Shown: piece by piece, positions 50,401-62,400 of the stretch
Layout: the number at the start of each line of letters is the position of its first letter
Position numbering within the stretch: the first letter of the stretch is position 1
Assembly (NCBI RefSeq): GCF_004010195.1
Contig: NC_057751.1
Coordinates: 4,301,137 to 4,365,136, forward strand
Origin: Chiloscyllium plagiosum
Lineage: Eukaryota
Direction of reading: 5' to 3'
DNA length: 64,000 bases
Notes under the pieces: generated by a model
What the model was told of the DNA's origin: nothing
What the model saw: only the letters and a program-made list of their open reading frames with translations
The model's database searches: none
Position numbers and translations under genes: made by a program

Positions 50401-53400
50401 ACCTTACTGAAGTCCATATCGATCACATCTACTGCTCTGACCTCATGAATCCTCTTTATTACTTCTTCAAAAAACTCAATGAAGTTTGTGAGACATGATT
50501 TCCCATGCACAAAGATATGCTGACTATCCCTAATCAGTCCTTGCCTTTCCAAATACATGTACATCCTGTCGCTCAGAATTCCCTCCAACAACTTGCCCAC
50601 CACGGAGGTCAGGCTCACCGGTCTATAGTTAGTATTTAGTGAAAACAGCTTGGTCAAGGAAGGTTGTTTTAGGAGTATCCCAGAGGGAGGAAAGAGAAGG
50701 AGTTTGGGTGGGGTCCTGTCCTCAGGGGATTCCACACCTAGGAGGGGCTCAAGCACACAAAGACTCCAATGAGACAGCGGTTAGGAATGAGGATGGCTGT
50801 GACACTCTAATTAATACAGCACAGAGATCGGAGGGGTGGGTTTAAGGTCAGATGGCAAAGATTTAAAAGGGACCTAAGGTGCAATGTTTTCACGCACAAG
50901 GTGGTACGTGTACGGAATGAGCTGCAAGAGGAAGTGGTGGAGGCTGGTACAATTACAACATTTAAAAGGCATCTGGATGGGTATGTGAATGGAAAGAGTT
51001 CAGAGGGATGTGTCCCAAATGCTGGCAAATGGGACTGGGTTAATTGAGGATATCTGGCCAGCATGGACAAGTTGAGCCAAAGGGTCTGTTTGCGTGCTGT
51101 ACATCTCTATGACTCTGTGAGTTAGTCAGTTGGGGTAAACGAGGGATTTGCGTCAGTTCAGTTATATTTTTTGTGTGTATAGGTGTGTGTGTGTGTTTGT
51201 GTGAGAGACAGACGGAGAGACAGTCACAGGAGCTGGCTACAGACGGGTTAATGCTCCATCACACTGCTCCAGTGAGGCGTGGCAATGCGCAGACACAGGG
51301 ACGCTCTGTTTCGAAGGAAGCATGCTGTAAAAAGCAGACGGGCAGTGTGAGAGAGGGCAGGGAGAGGGAAAGCAAGCACTACCTTGAATCTCCTTGGCTG
51401 CTGGTTCATTGGTTTGATATCCCATAGTCGATGTATCAGTTGGCAGCAGCTGGGGCATGGGGGACTGGATGCGGGTAAACGATTGCCAGGCATTCCTCAG
51501 AGAACAGAACAGACCATGCTTCAAATCAGAGCCCATCCGTGTCAGACTATCTTTCAGTTCTGTTTGGGGAGAGGAAATAAAACTGATAATGTATACATCC
51601 AGGAGAGAGACTAGCTGATGTGTAAACTTCTGCTCAAAGACTGCTCTCAAGAAACCAGAATGGCAAATAGTTTCACAAAAGAGAGAACTCTTCTGCTCTG
51701 CAACTCAGCATCTGTTTTCACTTGGAAGCAGCGCTTGTTTCTAATGAACAGCTATCTGCTCAGACTATACCTCAATGTCCAGGGCAGATGTTCACACACA
51801 CAGGCACAGAGACAGGGACACCACCCTAACACACTGTTAGGGACCAGGCTAGAGCCCCTCAAAGTATTTTCAGAAGGTAGCTCAGACTCTAATGTTTTCT
51901 GAGTTTAAAAGTCGGCGTGAAGTGGATAGTCCAGGAGTGATACAGCAGGTCAGACCACTCGGCTTTAAGCAAAACAGCATTTATTTACCCACTACAGTTG
52001 AATCACAAACAAAAGAATACGGAATTTAGAATAACTTAATTATTGGAAAACTCGGCAGGCTTGATAGTTAAAAATTGAGGAGCTGTTCCAATTCCCGTAA
52101 CATCCCACAAACACATCCCTTGGCAAAAGGTACATTCAATCACTGGTTCCTCCAGGCAGGAGAGATTTCAGAGACAGAGGCCTGAACCTGTTTGCAGTGA
52201 AGCAGCTTCTGACTTCCTGCTCCCAGCACCTTCTCTACTACAGCTAAACCAAACCAGAAAAAACCTCAACCGGGAGAACTAGCCAGCGCTGCAGTCGGCT
52301 CTTTGCAGACATTTTGACACCTCTGCCTTTACAACCTCTCTTTTTAAAAAAAAACAAGGACAAAATACCCTTTTTAAAGTGATGGCACCATCACAACACA
52401 CAAACACACAGGGACATAACACCAGAGACAGGGATTGATGCATGCACAGATAGGGACATGTTGACACACTGAGACAGAGCCCCATAATAGATCCAGCCAT
52501 TCACCCAGCCACCCAAACAAGGCGACAGAGTTGGGTTGAGAGTTGGCCGCAGAGACCCAGCCTTGCTGTAGGACTTGGCCTCCAATTCGGACAGTGGAGT
52601 TGAGAGGAGTACAGGCTGGAAGGAGCAGTGAGTGGGGATTTCAGGGAAGGTCTGACATAGTCATGCAGGGGTGTGACAGAGAGCCTGTGCTCAGTGCTGA
52701 CCACATCAGGCCACAGCCACCACCCATTGCCAAAAGCATGGGACAACCTCACCCACATGGACAGAGGTCTCCCTCACCCAACGTACAGGAGAAGGAAGCT
52801 GGGATATTGGAATAACATGCTTGTGTGGGTGGCGGAGAATGGGACAACAGCTAAATCTTCCTCCCATCTCCCCCACCTCCAGTTCTGGTCAACTGGACAT
52901 CCTCAGAGCAATAAGGTGGACCTTATTACATCTGAACACCGTGCTGAGGCCAGGGAGATTCTTGTTGATGGTCAGGTGGACACCGAGTGGAGAAAGACTG
53001 GGGACCTGCCTCAGGTTTTTGGGTGAGACCACCCCCGCCTCTCTGCCCCAGAGTGTGGTGCCCTTACCCAGGTGCATTCTCTTCCTGCCCTTGTGGTGAG
53101 GGATCAGCATAGGTTCCAGTTCTAAATCCGGCACAATCATTGGCTCGATCCTGTAGGCTACTGGGTCAAACTGCAGGAGTAAAGACAGACAGACAGACAC
53201 AAGGTCAAAGGGTGTATAAGTTAAACTCATCGTCTGATTGGCTCCTAACACCCAGCCACCCTGCCCCCAGGGAGGAGGCCATCACTAACACAGCATCACT
53301 CGCTGGTAAAACAATCTCCTCCTCATCAGCAATATCCTGGGAGTGACCACTGACCAAAGACTCAGCAGGACTCACCACCATCGAAACACTGTGGCTGCAG

Positions 53401-56400
53401 GAGCAAGTCAGAGGCTTGGACGGTTATCATTTCCCAGGAGGCCAGCAGTTATAGGAGAAAGTGAGGACTGCAGATGCTGGAGATCAGAGCTGAAAATGTG
53501 TTGCTCGAAAAGCACAGCAGGTCAGACAGCATCCAAGGAGCAGGAGAATTGACATTTCGGGCATGAGCCCTTCTTCAGGAATTCCTGAAGAAGGGCTCAT
53601 GCCCGAAATGTCAATTGTCCTGCTCCTTGGATGCTGCCTGACCTGCTGCGCTTTTCGAGCAACACATTTTCAGGCCAGCATTTATAACCCATTCCAGGGA
53701 GCAGTGAACAGTCAACCTCAATACTACAGGTCTGGAGTCACATGTTGGCCAGATCACTTCCTAAACCAAAGACAATCGACACTGGACACAGTCTAAATTC
53801 CAGATTTTCACTGAATTCAAATTCCTGGTGGGATTCAAATCTGAGCCTTCTGATCATTAGCTCAGCCTGTGGATTAAACATCCTGTGATAATACCACGCG
53901 GCCATCGCCTCCCCTCGATATTCCCAGTTCAGAATTCTGAGGCAACTTTCTCACCTCCTGACTCCCTGAAGCCTGTCCACCATCTATGAGACACAAGTCA
54001 GGAGTGGGATGGAATACTCCCCACTTGCCCTGCATGGGGGCAGCTCCAACAACACTCAAGAAGCTCAACACCACCCAGGACAAAGCCCCCACAAACATCC
54101 ACTCCCTCCCCCACCGGCGCTCAGTAGCAGCAGTGTGTACTATCTCCAAGATGCACAGCAGAAATTCACCAAAGATCCTCAGGCAGCACCTTCCAAACCC
54201 ACAACCACTTCCATCTAGAAGTACAAGGGGCAGCAGATACATGGGAACACCGCCCCCTGCAAGTTCCCCTCCGAACCTCTCACCATCCTGACTTGGAAAT
54301 ATATCACCGTTCCTTCAGTCACTGGGTCAAAATCCTGGAATTCCCTCCCTCAGGGCATTGGGGCTCAACCCATAGCACATGGACTGCAGCGGTTCAACAA
54401 GGCAGCTCACTCCCACCTTCACAAGGGGCATGCGGGGATGGGCAGAAAATGCCACACCACTGCCCAGAGCATTCCTCTCCTGCCCTGGATGGGAAACGGG
54501 ACCAAGTCTCATCCTGTGCGTTATGGATGCTGCCAAACAGTGTCTCCCTTTCTCACTCAGAAACTCCTGATGGGTGACTGTGGGAGTCTCCCGCTGACCC
54601 AATTCTCTACGTCATTCAAATGGCTCCAAGTCCCCGTGAAACCGACAGACAGGGAGGGAACGGAACAGGGTCGGAAGTGTTGGCACTCTCCTTGCCATCC
54701 CCCATAATGACTGTTTGGATGCTGTGACCAGACCAGGAATCACTGAAACAGCTACTCACAGGGTGATAAATGTTGAAGAATCTCTTGCACGTTGGGAAGG
54801 TGTAGTTGGGGTCAATCCTCTTCAACCCTCGGACAGTCAGAAACATTCCAATTGGTGAACCAAATGTGAAGAAGATCTCTGGTTGAAAGCTGATGGGTGG
54901 GTAGTTGACCGAAACCTGCAGGGTGGTGGGTGGGGAGCAGGAGAGAAAGAGCACAAGGGCAATCTTTGCACCATTCGGCCCATCTGGGTAGGGGGAGCTG
55001 CAGCTGGAGCTCCCCCTTGGGTCCCCAGGTTGAGGGGGACAATGAGAAAGCGCTGACCCAAAGGAGGAAGGGGACGCAATCTCATTGCACGGTGGACTAT
55101 CTGTGGCAAGGGGCTACACCGATCGTCATCGCCAACCCCACCCCGTCAACCCTGTCGCTGAAGGTGGCGGTTAAAGAGACGTTTCTTCACTCAGATGGTA
55201 GTGACCTCGGGAATTCTCCCCCACCCCTCTGCCCAGGAGAGGGGTGGATCCTCAGTTGCAAAGGTGCCTGCTCTGGGAGGCTAGATTTCTTTATCAATGC
55301 TGTCAAGCGACCAACAGCACAGGCGCTGAAGACAGCTCACCATCAACTTCCCTAGAGCGGCTCGGGGTGGGCAATAAATGCAGGGCCCACTAAGAGACAT
55401 CCACGTCCCCGATTCAACTAAAATAAAGCACAGCACGTGCAGCTGTTTGTACACCTGTATCTGTGACCAATAACAGCTAACCTGAACAACATAACCCGAC
55501 AAGTCAAAGCCAAGTCAGCACTAACCGGGAATTGGACAAGTTGGATGTGGGGACAGAAAATAATCTCATGACATCGGGGAAGACCCTAAAAGAACTGGGA
55601 AGGAAGTTGCAATGAAGAAACAAAGAAATTCACAAACAGACAGGGATAGGATCAAGGTTTGACAGATGGATTTTAATGTGGATAAGTGCGAAGTTGTCCA
55701 TTTCATTAATAGGATTGGAAAGGCAACTTATTATCCAGATGGACAGAACCTTCGGTGTGCCGCAGTGCAGAGGGATCGGGGTGACTTCCAACATTCACAG
55801 AAAGATCCTTTACAATTACACCAGGTAAGGAGGAGGTCAGACAGAATTACAGCATTCATTGCAAAACAAATGGAACATTACAGTAGCAGAGTATTAGTGA
55901 CACTTCACCTGGGTATTACAGAGTTTTGGTCTCTTTGCTGGAGGAGGGATGTTGTTGTACTGGGTCAGTTTGGAGGAGGGTCACTGGATCGATTCCAGAG
56001 GTGACAGGTTTGTCTTCTGAAGAGAGATTGAGCAGTTTCAACTGCAACTATGCTGCTTCTTCAACAACGTTAGGTTGTCCTTGGATTTTTATTTTCCAGA
56101 GGGGTTGTAAAGACAGGTCTTTATCTACTCGACAAGGCTTTCAAGTTTAAAAAAAAAATCAATGGAAGGGGAGTGGCCAGTTCTCCCAGCTCAGCATTGC
56201 TTTGGTCTGGTTTTAGCAGGGAGTTAGCTGTGAAGGTGCTGAACCCTAGGAAGCAGGTCCATGCTGATCCTCCCCCTCTCTCTGACATCTCTCGTGTAAG
56301 ACCCTGTGTTTGACGTTCCCTTTTGTGCCAAGGGCTGTTTATGGGCATTGTTGCAGGATCTTGGACCAGCATCATTAAGGTGGGATAGTCTGTTGGTTTT

Positions 56401-59400
56401 TGGATGGGTCAAGTTATTCTGTATTCTGTTCTCTCGTTTGTGGTTCATTCAGTACTCTGTAAATAAATTCTGTTTTGTTTAAAATCCAAGGGATTTTCAC
56501 CAGCTGCATCCCTCCTGGAATATCCACTTTACACTTGCTTGAAACAACTGGAGAACTTAGGGTCTGGGTTATTTCTTGAAATGTTTTGACAGGTCCGCCC
56601 TGGTCCATAAGAAAACCAATAATCTCTGGAGTTTAGGAGAACGAGAGGGGATCTCATTGAGGGATGGAGGCTGTGAAAGGCAGATGACAAACCAGATGTG
56701 GAGCAGATGCTTCCAAATGTGTGGTCAACACTTCAGGAGAAGGGGTAGCAGGTTTAAAACAGGTAGAGTTACTTCCCTCAAAAGTGTCATGAATCTGGAA
56801 TGCAGCCCCAGGGTGGTTGCTGCAAGGACACTGAACCATACAAAGGAGGTGACAGAGAGATTTTTACATAATAATGGGCTGAAGGGGAATGGGGAGAGGG
56901 AAGGAAGCTGAGTTGAAGCTGAGATGTTACTGAATGACGGAGCGGGCGCGAGAGGGGCTCCTTGTTATTCTGAGCTTATCCAAAACCAGGGACACAGAGA
57001 GGGAGCTTACCTGACCAATGCCAACATCGAACTGCTCGTAGCTGACCGAGGTGATGCTGCTGGTGGACAGCGGGCGCTGGGGGTCCTCCCCACTGCCTGC
57101 CTGCTCTCTGGCCTGGCTGCTTTTCTCTGGGAGAGGCCTCACTGCCGGCTCACCCATCTGGTCCTGCTTCTCCTGTCGCACACGGGGAGGAGACCAGTCA
57201 GTGAGGGAACTCATGGAGAGCTTGACAGATCAAGAGGGCCACAGCGCTCCCCCTTCAGTTGGGGTGGGGAGGGGCACACTGCATTCTTCCACCCCGCCCA
57301 CTGCTCCCCCGGCTTCGCCAGCCCCCACACAATCCAGTCGGATTGCATGACCATTTGCCAGTGAACCCTAGCCCAGACCGGTACCTACCAGTTCCCCTCT
57401 CCCCTCCCCCGCCTCAATCCCAGTACTGAGGCAAGCCCCCTGGTGATGCAGCAGATCCTGGTGTACCTGCACTCCGACCAGCTCCTTCGCCAGGCTCAAC
57501 AACTTCTTCCTGGGTCCCAGGGGGATCCCCAACTCCTTCAGCTCAGCGTCTGAGCAGATCACCTGGGGAGAACAACACGAGTGAGACTGAGGGGCTGCAC
57601 TCTGGATCAGTGGGGCTGGAAGAGCACAGCAGTTCAGGCAGCATCCAAGGAGCTTCGAAATCGACGTTTCGGGCAAAAGCCCTTCATCAGGAATAAAGGC
57701 AGTGAGCCTGGAGCGTGGAGAGATAAGCTAGAGGAGGGTGGGGGTGGGGAGAAAGTAGCATAGAGTACAATGGGTGAGTGGGGGAGGGGATGAAGGTGAT
57801 AGGTCAGGGAGGAGAGGGTGGAGTGGATAGGTGGAAAAGGAGATAGGCAGGTAGGACAAGTCCGGACAAGTCATGGGGACAGTGCTGAGCTGGAAGTTTA
57901 GAACTAGGGTGAGGTGGGGGAAGGCTGGTCCACTTGTGGGAATTCCTCCCTCCAGAGCCACCTGCCAGGCAATCTTCACATCGTCTCTTTCTGAAGGGAG
58001 AGGTGGGGAAATTGACAAAGACCGAGGAGGGGATGGAGGAAGCAGGGGTGGGGGAGGAGAGTGGGAGACTGATCCCAAAAGCAGTGGGACTGACACAAAT
58101 GGAGGGAAAGGGGACAAGAAAAGAAATGGGTGGAGATATGCAGTTGGTCCTCACCAGTGACTCCAGATCCAGTTTCTCCTTTTCCAAAACACCCAAAAAT
58201 TCCGAGAGTCCATGTGCCTTCAGAACCTGTTCCAGACTGACATCCTGGGGGAAGGAATGAGAAAATGCTTCAGTATCGTGCTCCAGTCTGGGCAAGATCC
58301 CCAGACACACACGATACTGAGGTCAAGTAACAGCAGGGTCATCAATACCAAGCAAGAGGCAAGCATCCGAACAGATTCAGGGAAGCAATGTGCAGCTGAA
58401 GGATGTGGGGGAGAAGCAGGAACAGGGCACAGAATTGGACGATCAGTCAGGATCCCGCTGGATGGCTCAGCGGTCTGAAGGAGGGTCAAAGGGCATCCTC
58501 ACCTCTCTCCTACATTTCGGTGACTTGAGTAGCAATACTTAACTGTGACGGAGGTTCAAGGTCAACTTTTCAAACTGCAGGTCGATAAAACGTGCACCAA
58601 GAGGTGGCCCTTCAGCCCCTCGCAGCTGTCCCGTCCCTGCTAGAATCCGTCACACAACCTCTGGCCCACTTCCCACAGCAGCCTCCCCTATCAGGTCACC
58701 ATCACCCCTCTCCCAGCTCCCCGTCATAGGTGACCGTGCAGGTTTCAGGGAAAGAATGCTCTGTCCCCTTGGCATGGGGAACCCTTTCAGCTCGACAAGG
58801 TCCTGACTTAATGCGGGAGCTGCCACACTCCCCCACCTGGCCCAGGAAATGGCTGTCTTCACCTTCACCCAGCTCTAAAGGCTGGTCCCACAGCAGGGTC
58901 ACCTCCACCACAGGCAGGCACAGAGATAGCCAGCACCACAATCCACTGCACACCAACCGGGGAGCAGACCCTGTGCTGTTGGTGCCTGACTGCTCCCCAT
59001 GGGAGACAGCCCACAGCCACTCCCACCCCCATCCCCGTGCCAGACTGGAGCTGTGGATAGCATTGGAGCGGAGACTCCGGCATTGTTTCACTTCCAGTGG
59101 CACAGGGATGACCAGCGGTCTCTGTCTCTCACGTCACCCTGCCATCAGTGCGTTGGGGATTTCCAGGTCGATTCTCAGCCCATACCTTCCTGTGATGGTC
59201 ACAGGTGAGGCACTCGACCCTGGAGTCCCCAGCTCAGAAGCAGGGACACTTCCCAGTGCACACCAAAGACTCCCGGGACAGTGTGGTGACCTCCCATGCC
59301 TGCTCCACGTTAATGCTACAGCTTGTCCACCATGCTTGTGCTGTGAATGCGGGGAGGTGCCTCCCAACAGGAGGTGACATCTCACTTCCACAAGGAGGCG

Positions 59401-62400
59401 ATCAATTCCATTTGGATTGGAGTAAGTTCATTGTCGCGTGTGCATGAGTACAGGGAAAAGCTTTGTATGTGAGTAAACCACAGTAAGGACATACTTGGAC
59501 GGACAAAGGCATACAAGTTTTACTGGGCTAGATCAACACGAACAAGAACAACAATATTCGAAGGGCGCCCCACAAAGGTGCCGAGATGAAAGAAAGAAAC
59601 GTGGAAAATAGAGGCAGGGGGAGGCCATTCGGCCCTTCAAGCCTGCTCTGCCATTCAATATGGTCATGGGTAAACATCCAACTCAGTCCCCTGTTCCTGC
59701 TCTCTCCCCACGATCCTTTGCTCTTTTTAGCCCTGAGGAATATACCTCATCCCTTCCTGAAAAAATATGCAATGGTTTGGCCTCAGTTCCTTTCTGTGGG
59801 TGAGGACTCCACAGGGTCCCCACTCTCTGGGTGGGGACATTCCTCCCCATCCCAGTCCGCAATGGCCCACTCTGACCCCTTCAGACTTGTGGACTCCCTG
59901 GATGTGGGGAACATCCTTCCTGTGTTTACCCTGTCAGAGGTTTTGATGTTTCTATGAGACTCCTCCCCGACGCCTACTACCCCCCACCCGCCGACATTCT
60001 ACTGAATTCACAAGACTCTGGTTCCCAGAACGTGTGCCAATCCCAGTGAAGACCCTTCTCGCAAACCTCACATCTCGTCCCAAGAGCGGGGGAGGGAGAG
60101 ACCGCGTTCAGCGCCTCCTGGCTCGCCCACTCGGGATTACCTTGATGCAGGAGCGACAGTCCTCTCTCGCTGCGTGCCGACCCGTGCTCTGCCCCTTGTG
60201 GTTGGAGGTGCTCTGGTTTGTCAGAATGTCAAAAAGGATCAAGGATCCTGTAAAAAAAAAAAAACGACGAGGCAGTGAGAGCCACGTCCACATGTGTCAC
60301 GACTCTCCGTGTGGAGAGAATCGACCCGATTTCCCAGAAGGATTGGAGAGAGTGGCCTTGGCAGTGAATCTTGATGAGGTTACCCCAAGGCAGCTCCACC
60401 CACACCCCCACCCCAATCGGCATAGCAACTCTCAAAACAAACAATCACAGGGCAATCTCAACCAATCACATGGCGTGGCCAACCATTCAGCGTTGCCCGG
60501 AGAGTCAATGGTTGGGTTGGTTTGGGAACATAGCATTCTTGCCTTGTGTCCTGACGAGTGCCAACCGCGATGTTCAGCACCATCATCCCTGACAGGAATT
60601 TAGGAACAGCTTCTTCATGCTGCTCACTTAGCCCTGACCAGCGCACAGAGGTCAAAGCACAATCCAGAGACTGAGTGCACTGCCTTGCCCCAACTCCCGT
60701 GTCTTACCTCCATGTTGAACCTTGAAAGTGGTCATGACACCCCCCTCGGTGAACCAAAGGAGGGGGAGGAGATTCGACACAGCAAGGAAAGTGATGTTGC
60801 CCATCGCTGTTTTGGTACATGTGTCGCCCCCCCGCCCCCCTACATTTCAGCTCCTGAGTCCACTCGGGAAGATATGATTCAAGGGAAAGTTACAAACGTG
60901 GGAGTAAAACGAGTTGAACAAAACGCTGAGATGAGTCTGGAAGCCAGGTGGCACGGTGGCTCAGTGGTTAGCAGTGCTGCCTCACAGCACCAGGGACCCG
61001 GGTTCGATTCCTGCCTCGGGCAACTGTCTGTGTGGAGTTTACACATTCTCCCCATGTCTGTATGGGTTCCTTCCCACAGTCCGAAGATGTGCAGGTTAGG
61101 GTGGATTGGCCATGCTAACCTGCCCCATTGTGTCCAGGGATGTGCAGGCGAGATTGGTGAGCCATGGGAAAGGCAGGATTACAGGGATAGAATAGGTGTA
61201 GGCTCAGTGGACCGAATGGTAGGGATTCCGTTCTATCCTATAAGCAGAGAGATTGAGCAGACGGGCTGAAGAGCCTTTTTCTGTGCTCTGCAGTACCTTA
61301 TGGTGTGGAGTGTGGGTGAGGCCAAGGTGGGTGGACAGGTAACCATGGGCATCCGGTCAGTCTCTGGGAGAAGAAAAAAGAGCCAGTAGGTGAGGAAGGG
61401 CTCAGCCCCTGACTATGATGGATGAGGCATCACTGGACACAACTGCAGGGGCTGTACTATCTATCAACCTGCAGTCCCACTCCCCCAGAACCAAACACTA
61501 GCACAGGAGTCCAATCAATGCACTGACCGCAGTGATCCCACCCGGTGGGAGGGGCGGGGAGTTGGTGAAGAGAGCCAGCAGTGCGCCTCAGCGTTACCAC
61601 GACCGTGACCAGGCACCAGCCTGGGTCTTACCGAGACTATGACCAGCCACCGAGACCCCTCCGTTGAAGTCTGGGTTGCGTTGCTGGAAGATGGTGAGCA
61701 GGCGGTTCATCTCATTGGCTACCGTGTCGACGATGGTCTGGCAGTAGGTGGGACTGTTGTAGAAGAAGAGATCCAGCAATGTCTGGTTGGTGAAATGGCG
61801 CAGACGGCTGATACTGGGCAGTGTAATTTTCCGAATGTCCCTGGAGTAAGGTGGGGGGGGAAAAGGAAAGCAAGAGGGAGACATACCAATCTATGAAAGT
61901 TTACCCATGGCTGTGGGGGCACTGACCGCAGGACACGCAACATGCCAGGGACACAGTTTCCAGCATGTCCCAAGGGAGCAAGACTCCAGGACAGGTCAAG
62001 GAGAGCCCAGAGGGTACAAGTGACCAACAGCAGGAAGGAGGTGCCCACACCAGGGAGCTCCGACTGAGCTGCTGTCTGTCCAGAAACCACCCATGACAGC
62101 ACCCCAATGTCATTTGGGGTGACATTTCACTCAAACCTCACTAAATACCCAACCGCTTCCTCAACAGGGCAGGGAGACCTGGATGCACATGTCACCACGG
62201 GGGGATTAACATGGATTCCAAAAGCCCTGAGATGAACCAGCAGCAATCTCCCACAGTATTCCTGCCTGGGAGCTGCTGGGTTCTCTCTCTCCCGAGGCCT
62301 GGTGGAGAGGGGAGCTTTTGAGGTGACCTCTCCCATGATCCCCATGCGCACGTGGTGGGACCTGCCGTTGTCATCGCAGCGCCCGACCCTTCCTCGGAAA

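Noticed and set aside
60947..61020. tRNA gene (A and B boxes)
   Set aside because: It continues into a V-SINE body and tail and has several dispersed copies, so it is a SINE head.
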